Of a stretch of DNA of 64,000 bases, positions 43,592-57,714 are shown in pieces. The stretch covers positions 207,762,001-207,826,000 of the forward strand of contig OZ024742.1 in assembly GCA_964016885.1 (NCBI GenBank), given 5' to 3'. How positions within the stretch are numbered: position 1 is the first letter of the stretch; each line of letters opens with the position of its first letter. A program made the translations under genes and the position numbers. Below the pieces are notes generated by a model. That model was not told where the DNA came from. It searched no databases and saw nothing but the letters and a program-made list of their open reading frames with translations. The stretch comes from Eledone cirrhosa. Its lineage: Eukaryota.

Positions 43592-44121
43592 CTATGTCTA
43601 TATATAAGGGATACAGATATTGCTTTCTCAGTCACGAAGCTTCTCAATTCATTCCTTGCTACTAAGTATTTTATTTTGCTACGAGGTATATTATTTTGCA
43701 AGGTACTATTTTTCCCCTGAGTTTTTGATTCCAGAGAAAGGTAAGAAATTCTTCATATTTTGCATCTTTTGTATTTTGACTTTACAGTTTCAATTGTCTA
43801 TCCACTCAAAATATTACAACAGCTAACAGTGAAATATAGAATTTAAAAGAAAAAGAAGCTTTTTCGACTAAGATAAAATCTTTTTTTTTTTATTTCAAAA
43901 ATATATAATTTGAAATAATTTGCTTTTGTTTTGTACTGAAACTTTGTTGTATTTAATTCGTACGAGTATTTTTTAAAGATTCTAAGATAACTTGATTTGA
44001 CCCAGTAATCTACTGATATCAAAATCACTAGTATATTGAAAAATGGAAAAATAGGGTAGGGGGTGTTTCGAGATTTCAAAGGGAAAAAGGGGGCGTTTGG
44101 CCGAAATGGGTTTAGAACCTT

Positions 44122-44641
44122 GGCTCTACGCCAAAGACCACATCTTAAACAGAACATCTGAGGCAATATCGGCTTGTAAGCATAAATTGCACAAAACTTT
44201 CCTGTATTACAGCACCACATTATACCCTAACGGATAGTACGAACTATACGCGGATATTTTCCGTCTTGATGTGGTAGCTAAGTATATGTTATGTTTATAC
44301 CATTACTTATTTGTATAGGTAAGTATATATTACCTGTATATTTTGTGAAGGTACGTGTACTTTCTCGTACGTATATTTGCTTGTATATGTTATAGGCGTA
44401 TATATTATATTATATATACTGGTACATGTACATATCGTTATGTGTATACGTGAGTTTTGCGTCTGTGTGAGTATGCGGGTCGTACGTATGTAGGGTGTGT
44501 GTATATGTGTACTTTGTGTTTTGGTTGACATACGTTTAGCGAACATATGTGTATTTACATGTAGGTCTATGTGTGCGCACGTTATATAAGTATTTATGTG
44601 TGTATATTTATATATGTTTTATATAATTATATGTATACACG

Positions 44642-44674
<33 letters not shown>

Positions 44675-45371
44675 TTTTTTTTTATATATATATTTTTATG
44701 TGTATTTGGTGTATACGTTCGCATGTGTGCGGGTACAGGCGTTGCGTGGGTTCTGTATGTGCATGCGTGTTGCTTGTGTACGTGCTTGTTTTTTCATACC
44801 CATGGCGGGTGTTTTCGCGTATGCAAGTGTAGGTACATATATGGATGCGGGCATGTTAAAATTTAATTTTTGTTGAATTCAATTACCTCTGTAATTTATT
44901 TACATTATTCTTAACTCTGAAGCCGAGAATCTTTCGGTTTCCCAAATAGAATTTTAGTCTACGACTTCAGTTATACCATAAACGTGGTTTTGTCTTTGCG
45001 TGTAATTGTTCTCATCGGTCCACATAATGACCTATTATCTTCATTTCTTCCGTTCATTGCCAGAGAACGTCTCCACGAATCACCTTATAGAATATTAGTC
45101 TATGACTTCATTTATACCATTAACGGGGTTTTGTCTTTGCGAATAATTGTTTTCACCGCTCTAAATGGTGACGTATTATCTTCGTTTTTTGTTCGTGTTT
45201 TGCCAGGGAACGTTTCCACGAACCAAAGTATAGTCTTCCTGTTTTCCTCGGGCTGCAACCTTTTTTGAAATATTTACCTCTGCATTCACAGATTAAATTA
45301 TTTAGTTTCAGAAGATCCCGTTAATGGTGAAAGCAGCGATTCTTTGCTTAAATTTTAATTTATTTTAATAA

Positions 45372-45428
<57 letters not shown>

Positions 45429-46118
45429 TTATATATATTTTTTTATGTGTATTTGGTGTATACGTTCGCATGTGTGCGGGTACAGGCGTTGCGTGGGTTC
45501 TGTATGTGCATGCGTGTTGTTTGTGTACGTGCTTGTTTTTGCATACCCATGGCGGGTGTTTTCGCGTATGCAAGTGTAAGTACATATATGGATGCGGGCA
45601 TGTTAAAATTTAATTTTTGTTGAATTCAATTACCTCTGTAATTTATTTACATTATTCTTAACTCTGAAGCCGAGAATCTTTTGGTTTCCCAAATAGAATT
45701 TTAGTCTACGACTTCAGTTATACCATAAACGTGGTTTTGTCTTTGCGTGTAATTGTTCTCATCGGTCCACATAATGATCTATTATCTTCATTTCTTCCGT
45801 TCATTGCCAGAGAACGTCTCCACGAATCACCTTATAGAATATTAGTCTACGACTTCATTTATACCATTAACGTAGTTTTGTCTTTGCGAATAATTGTTTT
45901 CACCGCTCTAAATGGTGACGTATTATCTTCGTTTTTTGTTCGTTCTTTGCCAGGGAACGTTTCCACGAACCAAAGTATCGTCTTCCTGTTTTCCTCGGGC
46001 TGCAACCTATTTTGAAATATTTACCTCTGCATTCACAGATTAAATTATTTAGTTTCAGAAGATCCCGTTAATGGTGAAAGCAGCGATTCTTTGCTTAAAT
46101 TTTAATTTATTTTAATAA

Positions 46119-46122
<4 letters not shown>
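44122..46122 (+). mobile_element. Naiad-type PLE 3' end (GIY-YIG tail plus pLTR) with a 747-bp tandem duplication
   Basis: 44122-44238 encodes LYAKDHILNRTSEAISACKHKLHKTFLYYSTTLYPNG*, nearly the same as 12116-12230. The UTR is homologous to 11117-12115. Region ~44675-45375 is repeated at ~45422-46122. Confidence 0.88.
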
Positions 46123-46209
<87 letters not shown>

Positions 46210-46336
46210 GATGTATATATATATATATATTGAGTTAGTAAACTCAAAATAGTCTCTTACAACAAAATACCTCTAAGATAGAGATATTTCTTAGCCGTAT
46301 ATTATAATTCAATATATCTATATATATCTATATATA

Positions 46337-46388
<52 letters not shown>

Positions 46389-46407
46389 TATATATAAATA
46401 TATATAT

Positions 46408-46631
46408 TGTTATACTTGGGCAGGGTCATATTGTTGTAAAATATTGCCAGAATTAATAACAGAACACACTCACTGTTTGGTTGGTTTTCGCTTCAGTATC
46501 TTTTATATCAGTTGATTTATTCGGTCCACATGTTTACCATTGAGTGACCAACGGTCAAAAATACATATATAAAATAGACAGAAACACATATATATAGTCT
46601 AACAAAGTTCTTTCGTTGCACATCTGCAACA
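46408..46631 (+). mobile_element. Possible solo-LTR remnant (TG...CA) in (TA)n
   Basis: It begins tgttatacttgggcagggtca and ends gcaaca. A similar terminal motif occurs twice, inverted, at 14628-14710. Confidence 0.35.
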
Positions 46632-46645
46632 TACATACGGATATA

Positions 46646-46717
<72 letters not shown>

Positions 46718-46727
46718 TAGATAGATA

Positions 46728-48835
46728 CTAGATGGCTCGTCCGGCTGTCGCCCAGTTAGGTATATTGGCATTTTATCTTTTTTCAGGAAGCCCTCCTCCA
46801 CTTCAGTGCAAAGATACCGCACGCCTTCTCAGGTCACATTGTTGTTCCGAGTACGTATAAAGGGGGTGGGGGAGCTATTGTGGTGACTCATTTCTGACGC
46901 GTGAAAAATACCACCACCACCACCACTGGAATGCTCAACGACCATAATCACTCGATTCCGAGGTAAAATTTAAAACTGTTGTGTTGGACCATTAGTTTTG
47001 CCACAATCCTGCTATTGTCGCTCTGGTTGTGAGGGTTTTCTAAAAGATCTGATGCAGGCCTACCGCCATGCGCTATCCGGCTGGGCCTGCTAGTTTAATG
47101 TACTCGTAATTAACGTTGCAAGGAATATAGTAGTGATTTCGGCTCAATGCGTCACCACGCTACTTGATTGTCTTCATGCTCCCCGTTGTTACCAGCATGA
47201 TCCTCACTGACTTATATTTCCCCCTCCAGTAAACATGCACATCTCTTCTTTCTATGAACATCTAGATGAAATGCTAGTGGCAAGTGTGTGGTTTTCAATA
47301 AGAGGTATGTTCCTGCACTATCTTCCGACTACGGAGCTAAGGGGGGGGGGAAGCTATTGTGGTGACCCGCTTCTCTTGAGACTGGGCTGATCGAATGGCT
47401 CTCGTAATGAGCTCTCAGTTGCTGAAGGCGAGACTGGCGCTGCTCTTTAGGCTGGGCTGATCGAATGGCTCTCGCATGAGTCCTCAGTTGCTGAAGGCGA
47501 GACTGGCGTCGCTCTTCCGGCTGGGCTAATCGAATGGGTCTCGCATAAGTCCTCAGTTGCTGCAGGTAAGACTGGCGCTGGACTTGAGACTGGGTTCATC
47601 GAATGACTGTCGCATGAGTGCTCATCTGCTGAAGGCGAGCCTAGCCTGCTTGACTGGCTCTTGCATGGGTCCTCATCTGTTGAATGCGACGTTCATGATC
47701 ACTTTCAGACTCTGCTGCTCTAGTAACATGTTTTTGTTCTGGAAAATCGGATCTTGCAGCCAGGCCGGGACTTTAGGGTGGCATATCGGCAGTAACAATG
47801 ATTGTTCGAACAGGGTCATGTTTACTTTTTATATAGGTGTTATTCAGGGGAGTGTGACGCATAGAAATCGAATAACAAATCAAGTAATGAGGGGTCAATC
47901 ATGGCTGATAGTGATTGGCTTCAGTTAAAATGTGATTGCACACGCGTGAGTCAAAAGGTCAAAGAGAGCATTGTGTTGTTTAGTGAGATTGGTGGTGATA
48001 ATCTGTATGCCGCCTACATGGAAAGATGAAAAAGGCCAGCTCCATCGATTTCATTCAATAAATCCAACATTGGCGTGTTCTACGGCATCCAGATAGACAT
48101 ATATAACTGACGTACCTAGCTTCGCTTGGATAAACAGAAGATAAGCAGTCTCTGCTTTCGTACAGTCGAACTAAATGTAAAAAATCGTTGCGTAGTTAAC
48201 AAAACAAATCGAATGTTTGTTTATATTTTGTTTTTGTAGTTCTGTTTTCCGATGTATTCGGTGTTTGTGTATGCAAAAATATTTGTACACGAATATATAA
48301 TTATATATATATATATAATTAATTAAAAGTTGGTTAGAAACAAAGTCAATGCAGTCATATAGACATATATTATACGCGTACGACGTTATAGCTACGTGTC
48401 TATCTAAAGAGACAGTGTAAGAAAGAGAGAGGAATGTCGTATTATATATATTATATATAATAAAGTACTCCTGATTTTACATACGGCCGTCTGCTTTATG
48501 AATATAGATAGAGATTGACAATGTAAACAGAAATTTAATCCATGATACATTTTAAAAAAAGACGATATTATATATAAATTGAAACATATATGAATGTTTA
48601 TTTAAGCGATCGCTAACCGGAAGTGTTGTCATTTGAACATTTTAAAGAAGTGAATCTTTAAATAAACAATAAAATATGTTTAATCAAGAATAATCAAGAA
48701 TAATGAAATTTAGTAGACTTCCTTCCTTGGAGAAAGTTACATCTATGATGCAAATTTGGTGCCGTTTGGTCCAGCCGCTTGGCGAAAATATTGTTACATT
48801 ACATAGATACATACATACGGCCGTCAACTTTATTA

Positions 48836-48845
<10 letters not shown>
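46728..48845 (-). mobile_element. Nested Helitron remnants, including a decayed RepHel N-terminus
   Basis: CTAG plus hairpin end at 46728. The minus strand from ~47784 reads MPP*..RAAESESDHERRIQQMRTHARA, followed by 69-bp (23-aa) QRQSRLQQLRTHARAIRS repeats typical of Helitron ORF N-termini. TCTATAT-type 5' ends lie near 48508 and 48845. Confidence 0.55.
47382..47690. repeat. 69-bp tandem repeat, ~4.5 diverged copies
   Basis: Unit ctgggctgatcgaatggctctcgcatgagtcctcagttgctgaaggcgagactggcg... starts at 47382, 47452, 47521 and ~47590. Confidence 0.85.
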
Positions 48846-48879
<34 letters not shown>

Positions 48880-48944
48880 ATTTATGTATATATATACATA
48901 CACACATACAGATATATATATTATATTATATTATATTATATATA

Positions 48945-49127
48945 GGGCGGTGAATTGGCTGTATTGGTAGATGGTCAGACATGCTTTCCAGTGTAGTTAC
49001 GTCCCTTTACGATCTGAGTTCAAATCCGGCTGAGGTTAACTTTGCCTTTCTTCCTTACGGGGTCGATAAAATAAAGTACCAGTAATGCACTGGGTAATTG
49101 CTGGCCTTGTGCCAAAAGTAGAAACAA
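48945..49127 (+). mobile_element. Full-length SINE copy
   Basis: gggcggtgaattggc...gagttcaaatcc...gtagaaaca, with TSD attatattatattatatata. Confidence 0.9.
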
Positions 49128-49699
49128 TTATATTATATTATATATAAGCCAGACCGCAACCTAGGATAATACATTTTTGTGAAAAATTTCCATTAGTTTT
49201 ACCATGAATACACTGAAAGAACACTAAGCGAAATGTACATTGTTATAATTCAAATATACACGTGGGGGAAGTGAATACTGAGGTGACGAATAAAACACCT
49301 TTAATTAATTTAAAGACAAATCATTATCAGTTACATTCCTCTTGTTCCTAATGTTAATATGGCCATTGAAATATCTCAAAATACAACTAGTTAGGTGTGA
49401 ATTGCTGAAATGCCTTTCAGACACGGGTTAAGCAATCAAGAAACTACACTGTTCACATCAAATGACCCAGGACATGTAGATTAACGGAGGTGGATTTAAG
49501 GATTTTTACCGTGAACCACAACAAATACGACAGCAAAATTGACATAACTAATAGCTAAAAAAACATTAAAATTCCAACATCAATAAACAACAACAGATAT
49601 AACAGGATGAACATGAGTATACATTCCAGTGCTATCGCTGGAGCCATACCTTGCATCTAGGTTTCCGTTAGACATCTGAAAGAAGGAAGAAAATAAGAC

Positions 49700-49779
<80 letters not shown>

Positions 49780-49780
<1 letters not shown>

Positions 49781-52068
49781 GGAGATCAGTGAACAGGCAC
49801 GCCAACAAATTGATTTGAGTATCACAGTTGAAACTCTTACGGGGCAGGCCTCAAAACTAACCAACTGGAAATCACCTGGCCCAGATGGTGTGCAGGGGTA
49901 TTGGATTAAAAATATAACATCCCTTCACCCGAAACTGACAACCATGTTCAATGACTGCTTGATGTCAGGTGAGGTACCAGAGTGGTTGACAAAAGGTACC
50001 ACAGTTCTGATAATGAAAGACCGAATCAAGGGTAATGATGTTACCAACTATAGACCTACCACATGTCTGTCCGTAATGTGGAAACTGTTGACAAGCATTA
50101 TGTCTGAGGAAATCTACCATCACCTCCACACAAACAACTTGTTACCGGACGAACAGAAAGGATGCCGAAATAAGTCACGTGGTACAAAGGACCAGTTACT
50201 TATTGATAAGATGGTAATGAGGAATTGCAAGAGGAGACACACTGGTCTTGCCATGGGATAGATAGACTACAAAAAAGCATTTGACATGGTGCCTCATTCT
50301 TGGATCACCAAAAGCCTGGAGATCTTCAAGTTGGCAGATAACATCAGGCAGTTGTTGGGCAAAAGTATGACGTCCTGGGAGACAGAGTTAACATCAACTG
50401 GAGAATCCTTGGGAAGCGTGAAGATCAAGAGAGGTATCTTCCAGGGAGATAGTCTGTCCCCTCTGTTGTTTGTCCTTGCCCTGATGCTCCTGACCAGTGT
50501 ACTGCGAAAAGAGAGAGCAGGATACGGGTTGGGAAATGGAGGGCTTACTATCAATCACCTCCTCTTCATGGACGATCTTAAGCTCTTCGGGAAGAGTGAG
50601 AAGGAGTTGGGTGTGCTTGTTGACACTGTCCGTATTTTCAGCAATGATATATGTATGCAATTTGGTATTAGTAAGTGTGGAGTCATTGTGATGAGGAGGA
50701 GTAAGTTGAGCAGAAGTAACGGAATCCAGATACCAAGAGGTGAGATGATAAAAGAAATTGACTCTGATGAAGGATACAAGTATTTGGGCGTTCTGGAGGC
50801 TGATGACATCAAGAACAAAAAAATGAAGGAATTGATAAGAACTGAATACCTTCGGAGAGTAAGGAGCGTATTAAAGCCACATCTGAAGAGTAGGAATGCC
50901 ATAAGTGCAGTAAATTCCCGAGCTGTGTCTATTATTAGGTACAGTGCGGGAATTCTGAGATGGTATGTTGCTGAACAAAAAGAAATGGATAAGAAGACTA
51001 GGAAGCTATTGACTATCTACAATATGTTCCATAAGAGGAGTGGTGTCGATAGACTCTACTTAAGGAGATCTGAGCGTGGAAGAGGTCTTATCAGCATAGA
51101 GGACTGTGTTCAGATGGAGAAAAACAACCTACACAGATACGTGACTGATAGTAAGGAGCCAATGCTCAGAACTGTACTGAAGGAGGGGACAATAGGCCAG
51201 GAGATGTCCAAGGAGAAAATAACATCAAGGAGAAAGAGCAGCGTTCAGGAAAAATCCCTCCATAGTACCTTCTTTGAGAAAACTGAATTTAGATATCCAC
51301 AGACATGGAACTGGTTGAAAAGAGGAGACCTTAAAAAGGCTACAGAAGGAATGTTAATGGCTGCGCAGGTGCAGGCCCTCAAAACGAAGTGGTTGAAACA
51401 CCACATTTACAAGGAGGAGGCTGTGTAGGATCTGTGGAGAGAGAGAGGAGACTGTGGCTCACATTGTATCCGAGTGTAAACACCTAGCCCAGACTCACTA
51501 TAAGGGCTGGAGACATGATGGGCAGGGTGATTCACTGGCACCTATGCAAAGTAAACAATTTACCACATTCTGAGAAGTGGTATGAGCATAAGCCAGAGGC
51601 GGTGATAGAAAACGATCAGGTGAAGGTGCTGTGGGATTTTAGGATACACACGAACAAGAAACTGGAACATAATAGACCTGACTTGGTGGTTTTGGACAAA
51701 GAAAAAAGATGGTGGCTGATTGTGGATGTGGCCTGCCCATTCGACACGAGAGAGCAAGAGAAGGAGAGGGAGAAAATTAACCGATACCAGGACTTAAAGT
51801 GGGAGGTAAAAAGGATTTGGAACTGCCATGAAGTCAAAGTGATGCAGATTGTCATAGGCGCACTAGGTACAATCTCCAAAAATTTACAGGGATGGTTAAA
51901 GAAAATTGGCCCCTTCACGCTTTTTGGAACGCTTCAAAAGGCATGCTTTCTGGGAACAGCAAGAACCCTCCGATACGTCCTGAATATCTGAGGCTGCAGG
52001 TAGTGGCTTGATATTCATCTCAACAAACTTTCCAGTTAACTAACATCAATGACTGAGACTCAAAGAAC
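49780..52068 (+). mobile_element. 5'-truncated R4/Dong-like non-LTR retrotransposon (RT, CCHC finger, restriction-like endonuclease) inserted in (TAA)n
   Basis: WKSPGPDG, NYRPTTCL, EQKGC, DYKKAFDMVPH, GIFQGDSLSPLLF, HLLFMDDLKL, YKYLG, CRICG..ETVAHIVSEC, RPDLVV, DVACP, EK..Y.DL. (TAA)n lies on both sides (49702-49779 and 52069-52108). It carries one stop and frameshifts. Confidence 0.92.
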
Positions 52069-52112
<44 letters not shown>

Positions 52113-52139
52113 CAACAGCAACAATATCAACAACAACAA

Positions 52140-52178
<39 letters not shown>

Positions 52179-52273
52179 CAACAACAACAATAACAGAAGT
52201 AGAAGAAGAAGAAGAAGAAGAAGAAGAAGAAGAAGAAGAAGAAGAAGAAGAAGAAGAAGAAGAAGAAGAAGAA
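52069..52273. repeat. Compound (AAT)(AAC)(CAG)(GAA) microsatellite
   Basis: Direct inspection. Confidence 0.95.
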
Positions 52274-53100
52274 GACTATAAGCGGTGAAGGCTGGCATCA
52301 ATGTTATCCAAAATATGTTTCTTGTAAAGTAGTACTTTGGTAACAGTTGTAAAGTTCCTGTTATGTAATTAGCAATGGCGGCAGGGATTCTAGTAGAATA
52401 TTGGTGGGAGGTAGACAGTATTTGAGTTGTATAGAAGTTATGTCTGGGTGGGTGGCTGGAGTTTGTGTTAGAGAATTTGAATGGAAGTCTGACGGTTGTA
52501 CTTGGGGCTCGATTGATAGTTAGTGCTGCTGAGAGAGGACGGGTGATGGTAGTGGTGTTGGAATTCGTAGTGAGTGGTGTTGGTGGTGGTGATTATAATT
52601 ACAAATACAACGCCGATAAAGATAATGATGATGACGACAACGACGATGGTGATGATGACGAGGGGGAGCAGGTTGGCAATGGAAGTAGTGATTGTTATGA
52701 TATCGATGGAAGTGCAGCATATGTTGTTAAAGGTAATGTTGCCTTTAGTAAGACTGATGGGTACGGATAGTGATATAGTTAGGTATTTGATGAGACGGTG
52801 GTCATTATATTGATAGAATGTCTGGTCTTCCTTAAATTGATGGAAACATGTTATCGTTCTTGTAGCTGTATTTTTTCTATGTTGTTGTTTTTGCTTTTGT
52901 GGTAAGGGGCGGCAGTGGTATTCGTATTGGAGTTATTGGAGCAACTGTGTGTGTAGGTGGTATATGTAGAACAAAAGTTAGACTTTAGTAACATATATTT
53001 TAACTATTACTGACTGCTAGTGTAGATGATAAATGTTAGCATACTAAACGTTGATTAACAACTCAGGAATGGTGGAGCCGGTTATTTCGGAACTTTATCT

Positions 53101-53210
53101 AATAATTGTTTCTACTTTTGGCACAAGACCAGCAATTACCCAGTACATTACTGGTACTTTATTTTAAAGGCAAAGTTAACCTCGGCGGGATTTGAACTCA
53201 GACCGTAAAG
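53101..53210 (-). mobile_element. SINE fragment with internal deletion
   Basis: The 3' end and B-box match the consensus. The tcgaccccgtaaggatg segment is missing. Confidence 0.8.
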
Positions 53211-55115
53211 AACCTTTTGTCTGCGTTTCGTCTTTAGCCAGGAATTTTTATTTGTGTTATTCGCCAATTAGCCGCTAATTGAACTTTAGCGGAGTAGGGG
53301 GATGAGTGATGTGATTCATGCCTTCTCCAGGGTTTTTAGGGACGAAGTTAATTTATAGTCTAGTGTCACTGATTCACTAGATCCACGCCTACTACTTTAT
53401 GACACGATACGGATGTCTGTCTTATGATGTACAAAGCGTCTGTCTTATTGCATTCCGTATCTGCTCGTTGATGGAGACATGAGACAGTAGAAATAGTAAT
53501 AATTTGGTTAAAAGCTCGGAAAAGACGTTTCTTTAGTTGTTAGTTGTTAGTGTCTACAATAAATAACATGTTTACATTTTCGAACACAGTCAAGTTTGAC
53601 AGACAGGTTTTACGTCAGTCTGTCAACATATTACCTACCAACGGTCCCTAAAAATAAAAAAAAGACTTGCGTTCCATATTGTTTCATTCTGTTTCGCTTC
53701 GATAATCTACGTACTTGCCATTATCACCAACACTTGCTAAGCCTTACTAAGCATAAGTTCGTTTATTTTAGAGATTAATTCAATATTATTTTTAAACATA
53801 TCCAGTCCAACCACGACGACATATAATCATTCTTCGCATCATAGCAAACGAATAATTGTGCATCCCCGTTAATGTTACTTGCGCTGTCATCGTTCTCATC
53901 ATCATCACCATCATTATAATTTCACGCCAATATTCTTTCTCATCAATGATCTTACGGCCCTTTATGGACTGGGTTCAAATCCAGCCGAGGTTAGCTTTGC
54001 CATTCATCCTTACATGGTTGAGAAATAAAGTACTAGTGATGCTCTGGGGTCGATTTAATCGATTTCCACTCGCCTAAAAATCCAGGGCATTGTGTCGAGA
54101 TCAGGAACCAATATGTATACATTTATTTGTTTCAGGCATCAGAATGCGGCTATGCTCTGACAGTTTTCAAGACATTTTGTTGGGTAGAACCATCTTCTAA
54201 GTACTGTGTCTCTTATTTATTTCAACCCTGCAGGGAGACTGCTTGCTATGAGTTTGTTTTTATCTGCATAATTCTAACTGATCATCTTCGTTCCATGTGT
54301 TTCGACTTAAGCATCATATATCGAATAAATTATTTGAGGTAATTTTTTCGCTACTCCATATAATGTTTCTGAATCAAATGATTATAGATCATTATTGATC
54401 TGGTTCAGTTGAAGATAATTAACTTAGGTAAAACTGGAGCAGTTCACCAGAACTTCAAAAGAATATGAATTAAGGTAAAAAAAAAAAATATATATATATG
54501 GTTCATATATTGGTATTTCACTATGGTGTCCTGGGTATATCTACTGTCTGCCATAGACGAGAAATATTCTTCTGTCGAGGCTGCATTATGTGAAATCTGC
54601 CTATGGGTAACAAGATGGCCGCCAGAGGACATATTTATCTTACTAATTAGAGGGTGGTTTCGGGGGAAGTAACTCCTCGAAAGATTATAAATTGTGGGTA
54701 GTTTATAGTTAAGAAGTGCTAAAGAGTTTATATGAGAGACAATGTAAGGGCGGTAACTTATAATTATCTAAGTTAGCTATAAATATTTAATGCATTAGCT
54801 ATAAGCAAAAATTGGAATAGGTGACAATGTTGGGTCAAATATTCTGTTGGGGAAGGAATTAGCCCTTCGATGATGACAGCTAATAGTTACCTCCGTTCTA
54901 TCATTAATCGGTAGGGGTCGTGATAGAGTTATGTAATATGCTTCGGTAAGACAGAGCTCACAAGAGTTTCTTCGTCCATTGAACGGTTGGGCTCTAGCTA
55001 AGATATCCCATGTCAGTGAGTATTCAAGCCTGAGCCAAAAGCAAACGTAAACCGATCGCAGAACAGCTTAACCACGACGGCTTCAGCACTGCCACTCTAC
55101 CGGAAAAGCACTAAT

Positions 55116-56568
55116 CGCGCTAGTTAGCAGGCCGGAGTCTCGTTAGGTATAGGAATCAACCTGACGGATCGCTCCACCAACTAAGAAAGGCCATGCACCA
55201 CCACACACCGAATCAAGAGAGAGCTATCGATCTGTCAATCCTACCGGTGTCCGGACCGGGTGAATTTTCCCATGTTGAATCAAATTAAGTCGCAGGCTCC
55301 ACTGCTGGTGGTGCCCTTCCATCAATTCCTTTAAGTTTCTGTTTTGCAACCATACTCCCCGCGGAACCGACTATGGTTTGCCGCGCAGAACCGACTATGG
55401 TTTGCCGCGCATGCTCCTCAGCGGATCGCCAGTCGGCACCGATTACGGTCGGAGCTACGACGGCATCTGATCGTCTTCGAACCTCCGACATTCGCTCTTG
55501 ATCATGGAAAACGTGCTTGCCACACGCCATCGCTGCAGTGCGTCTTGCGACGATCCAAGAATTTCCCCTTTAACGTCGCAATACCAGTGGCCCCGATCGT
55601 TCCGTTCGATCATTATCTCGTCGTGAACAGTGACGGGTGGATGACGCGCGGACGAGGCCATTTACCACCATTCCATGCTATTCGTAGGCAAGCCAGCGCG
55701 GCTCACTCTGAGCACTCTAATATTTTCACAGTGAACGTACCGGCCGCCTCCGTAAAAAAAGAAACAGACTGACATATCGCCGTCGTCCCTGGCTCTTCAA
55801 AATAAGACATGGAAACAAAACCGTGATGTGAACGCGCGACCGCGGCAAGGTTGCACCACGAGGACGTAAGAATCTCTGAAAACCAAACGAGCCAACCCGA
55901 CAAAACCAGAGCGAGGAGTAGGTGAGCGACGCGACGACGACAACGATGACGAGGAGGAACGCCACCACCCTATGCCGTCGGCCCCAGCGTCATCTCTTGC
56001 GCAGAGGAAAAGAAGCCGGGAAGCAAGCAAAGCAAGATGATAAAAAGGCGCCGTCTGCACCGTGACATCGAACGGCGATGCACGGAGAGCTCTGTGGCCC
56101 GACCGCGCATGCGCACGGGCGAATAGGACCGAGAGTGCGAACGGACGACCGAAGTCGCTGCGTGGCGCGCGAATGACGACACCGCCGCCGCTGCGAACGC
56201 GCTGACGACGCAGCGCGCTTTCGAGACCTGAATTCCGACTACGAGTTTTCCAAACGCAACAATTTTAATATACGCTACCGGAGCTGGAATTACCGCGGCT
56301 GCTGGCACCAGATATGCCCCCCCCCCCCTCGGTCGATCCTCGTTAACGGATTTGAAGTGTACTCATTCTGAACGCGGGGCCTTGACAGAGTCCTGCGTCG
56401 CTGTTTTTCGTCACTAACTCTCCACGCCGAGAGTGGGCAATCTGCGCGCCCGCTGCCTTCCTTGGATGTGGTAGTCGTTTCGCATGCTCCCTCTCCGGAA
56501 TCGAACCCTGATTCCCCGTTACCCGTTGCCACCACGGTCGGCACTTACCGGACCGTCGACAGTTGATA
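55116..56568 (-). pseudogene. Orphan 18S rRNA gene fragment (central ~1.45 kb), degraded
   Basis: Universal SSU motifs on the minus strand: AGGGTTCGATTCCGGAGAGGGAGC, GTGCCAGCAGCCGCGGTAATTCCAGCTCC, AAACTTAAAGGAATTGA, GGTGGTGCATGGCC. It has a long GC-rich V4 expansion, both ends are missing, conserved sites carry substitutions, and no ITS or 28S lies nearby. Confidence 0.92.
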
Positions 56569-57714
56569 AAGAGTGTGAAATCATGTATTTGTGAGAGATT
56601 ATCATTACATCACTACTTCTCTATCTCTGTTTCTTTTACTATGCCTCTCTACTTCTGTCTCTTTTTATCACCTTCATTCAGCATCTCTCTCTCTCTCTCT
56701 CTCTCCTACTCTCTGTCCCTCTATATTTTTTCTAACATTCTGACATTCTGTCCCATCCATTTTATGTTACACTCGTCATATATTCATTCTTTCTTATACT
56801 TATCTCCACACATTCCATTCCCTACTCATTCTTTTAAAAATCTGCCTAAATATTTCCGACCCATTCTTAACTTATTACGTCTTTCCTTCCAATTTTATTT
56901 ACTCTTTCCATCCTTTCACAGACACAACTCAATTTTTCTGTTTGTTTTTTATCTTTTTATATTTGTGTTTCAATTTCTTCTTACTTTCTTTTTTATCTAT
57001 CATTCTATTCTAATTCTCTTTCTTGTGTTTCTTTCCTTGAGATCCTTTCATAATTTTCTCGCTCTTTCTTTTTTCTTTCAATTTACTTTTTTTTATGAAT
57101 TTCTGTATTTTTTCTTCTTAATTTTATTTCTTTAATTTTTTTCTCTTGTTTTTTTTATGTTATTCTTTCTACCATCCCGTATTTTATTCTTTCCTTCCTA
57201 ACTGTATTCTCATTTTTTGTATCTATCTGGTTACAGCCATTCTTCTATTTGTTTTCCCACTGTTTCATTCTATTTTCTCCTTTCATTTATTTATAATATC
57301 CTTAAATTTCCTTTTCTTCTTATATATCATTTCCTTCCAATTCTCTTCTCCGCCTGCTTTTTACATCTTACTTTACTTCCTTTTTTCTTTCGTCGTTGTT
57401 TTATTTTTAATGGTGCTATCCATTTATTCATGTCATGTATTATATCTCTATTAAATAAAAAGACATTCCAAGAAACATGTTACATAGCACCAACAAGATG
57501 TGTCAGCATATTGCATTCTCACTTACACACATGTAAACGTCTATATGTCAGAGGATGGAATGAGTGCACATTAGAAACTAGAAAAACATTAAAATGGTGG
57601 GGAGGAAGCTGAATATGATATGTGAAATACAAAACACGAAACAAGAATGAAAACGAGAAAAAGATACGAAAAATATCATTAATTCAAGACGTTCAATTAT
57701 GATGATTATTAAAA

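Noticed and set aside
55285-56544. GC-rich ORFs
   Set aside because: They are spurious frames within the 18S rDNA fragment.
56563-57454. Hydrophobic F/L/S-rich ORFs suggesting membrane proteins
   Set aside because: They are the product of a CT-rich low-complexity tract.
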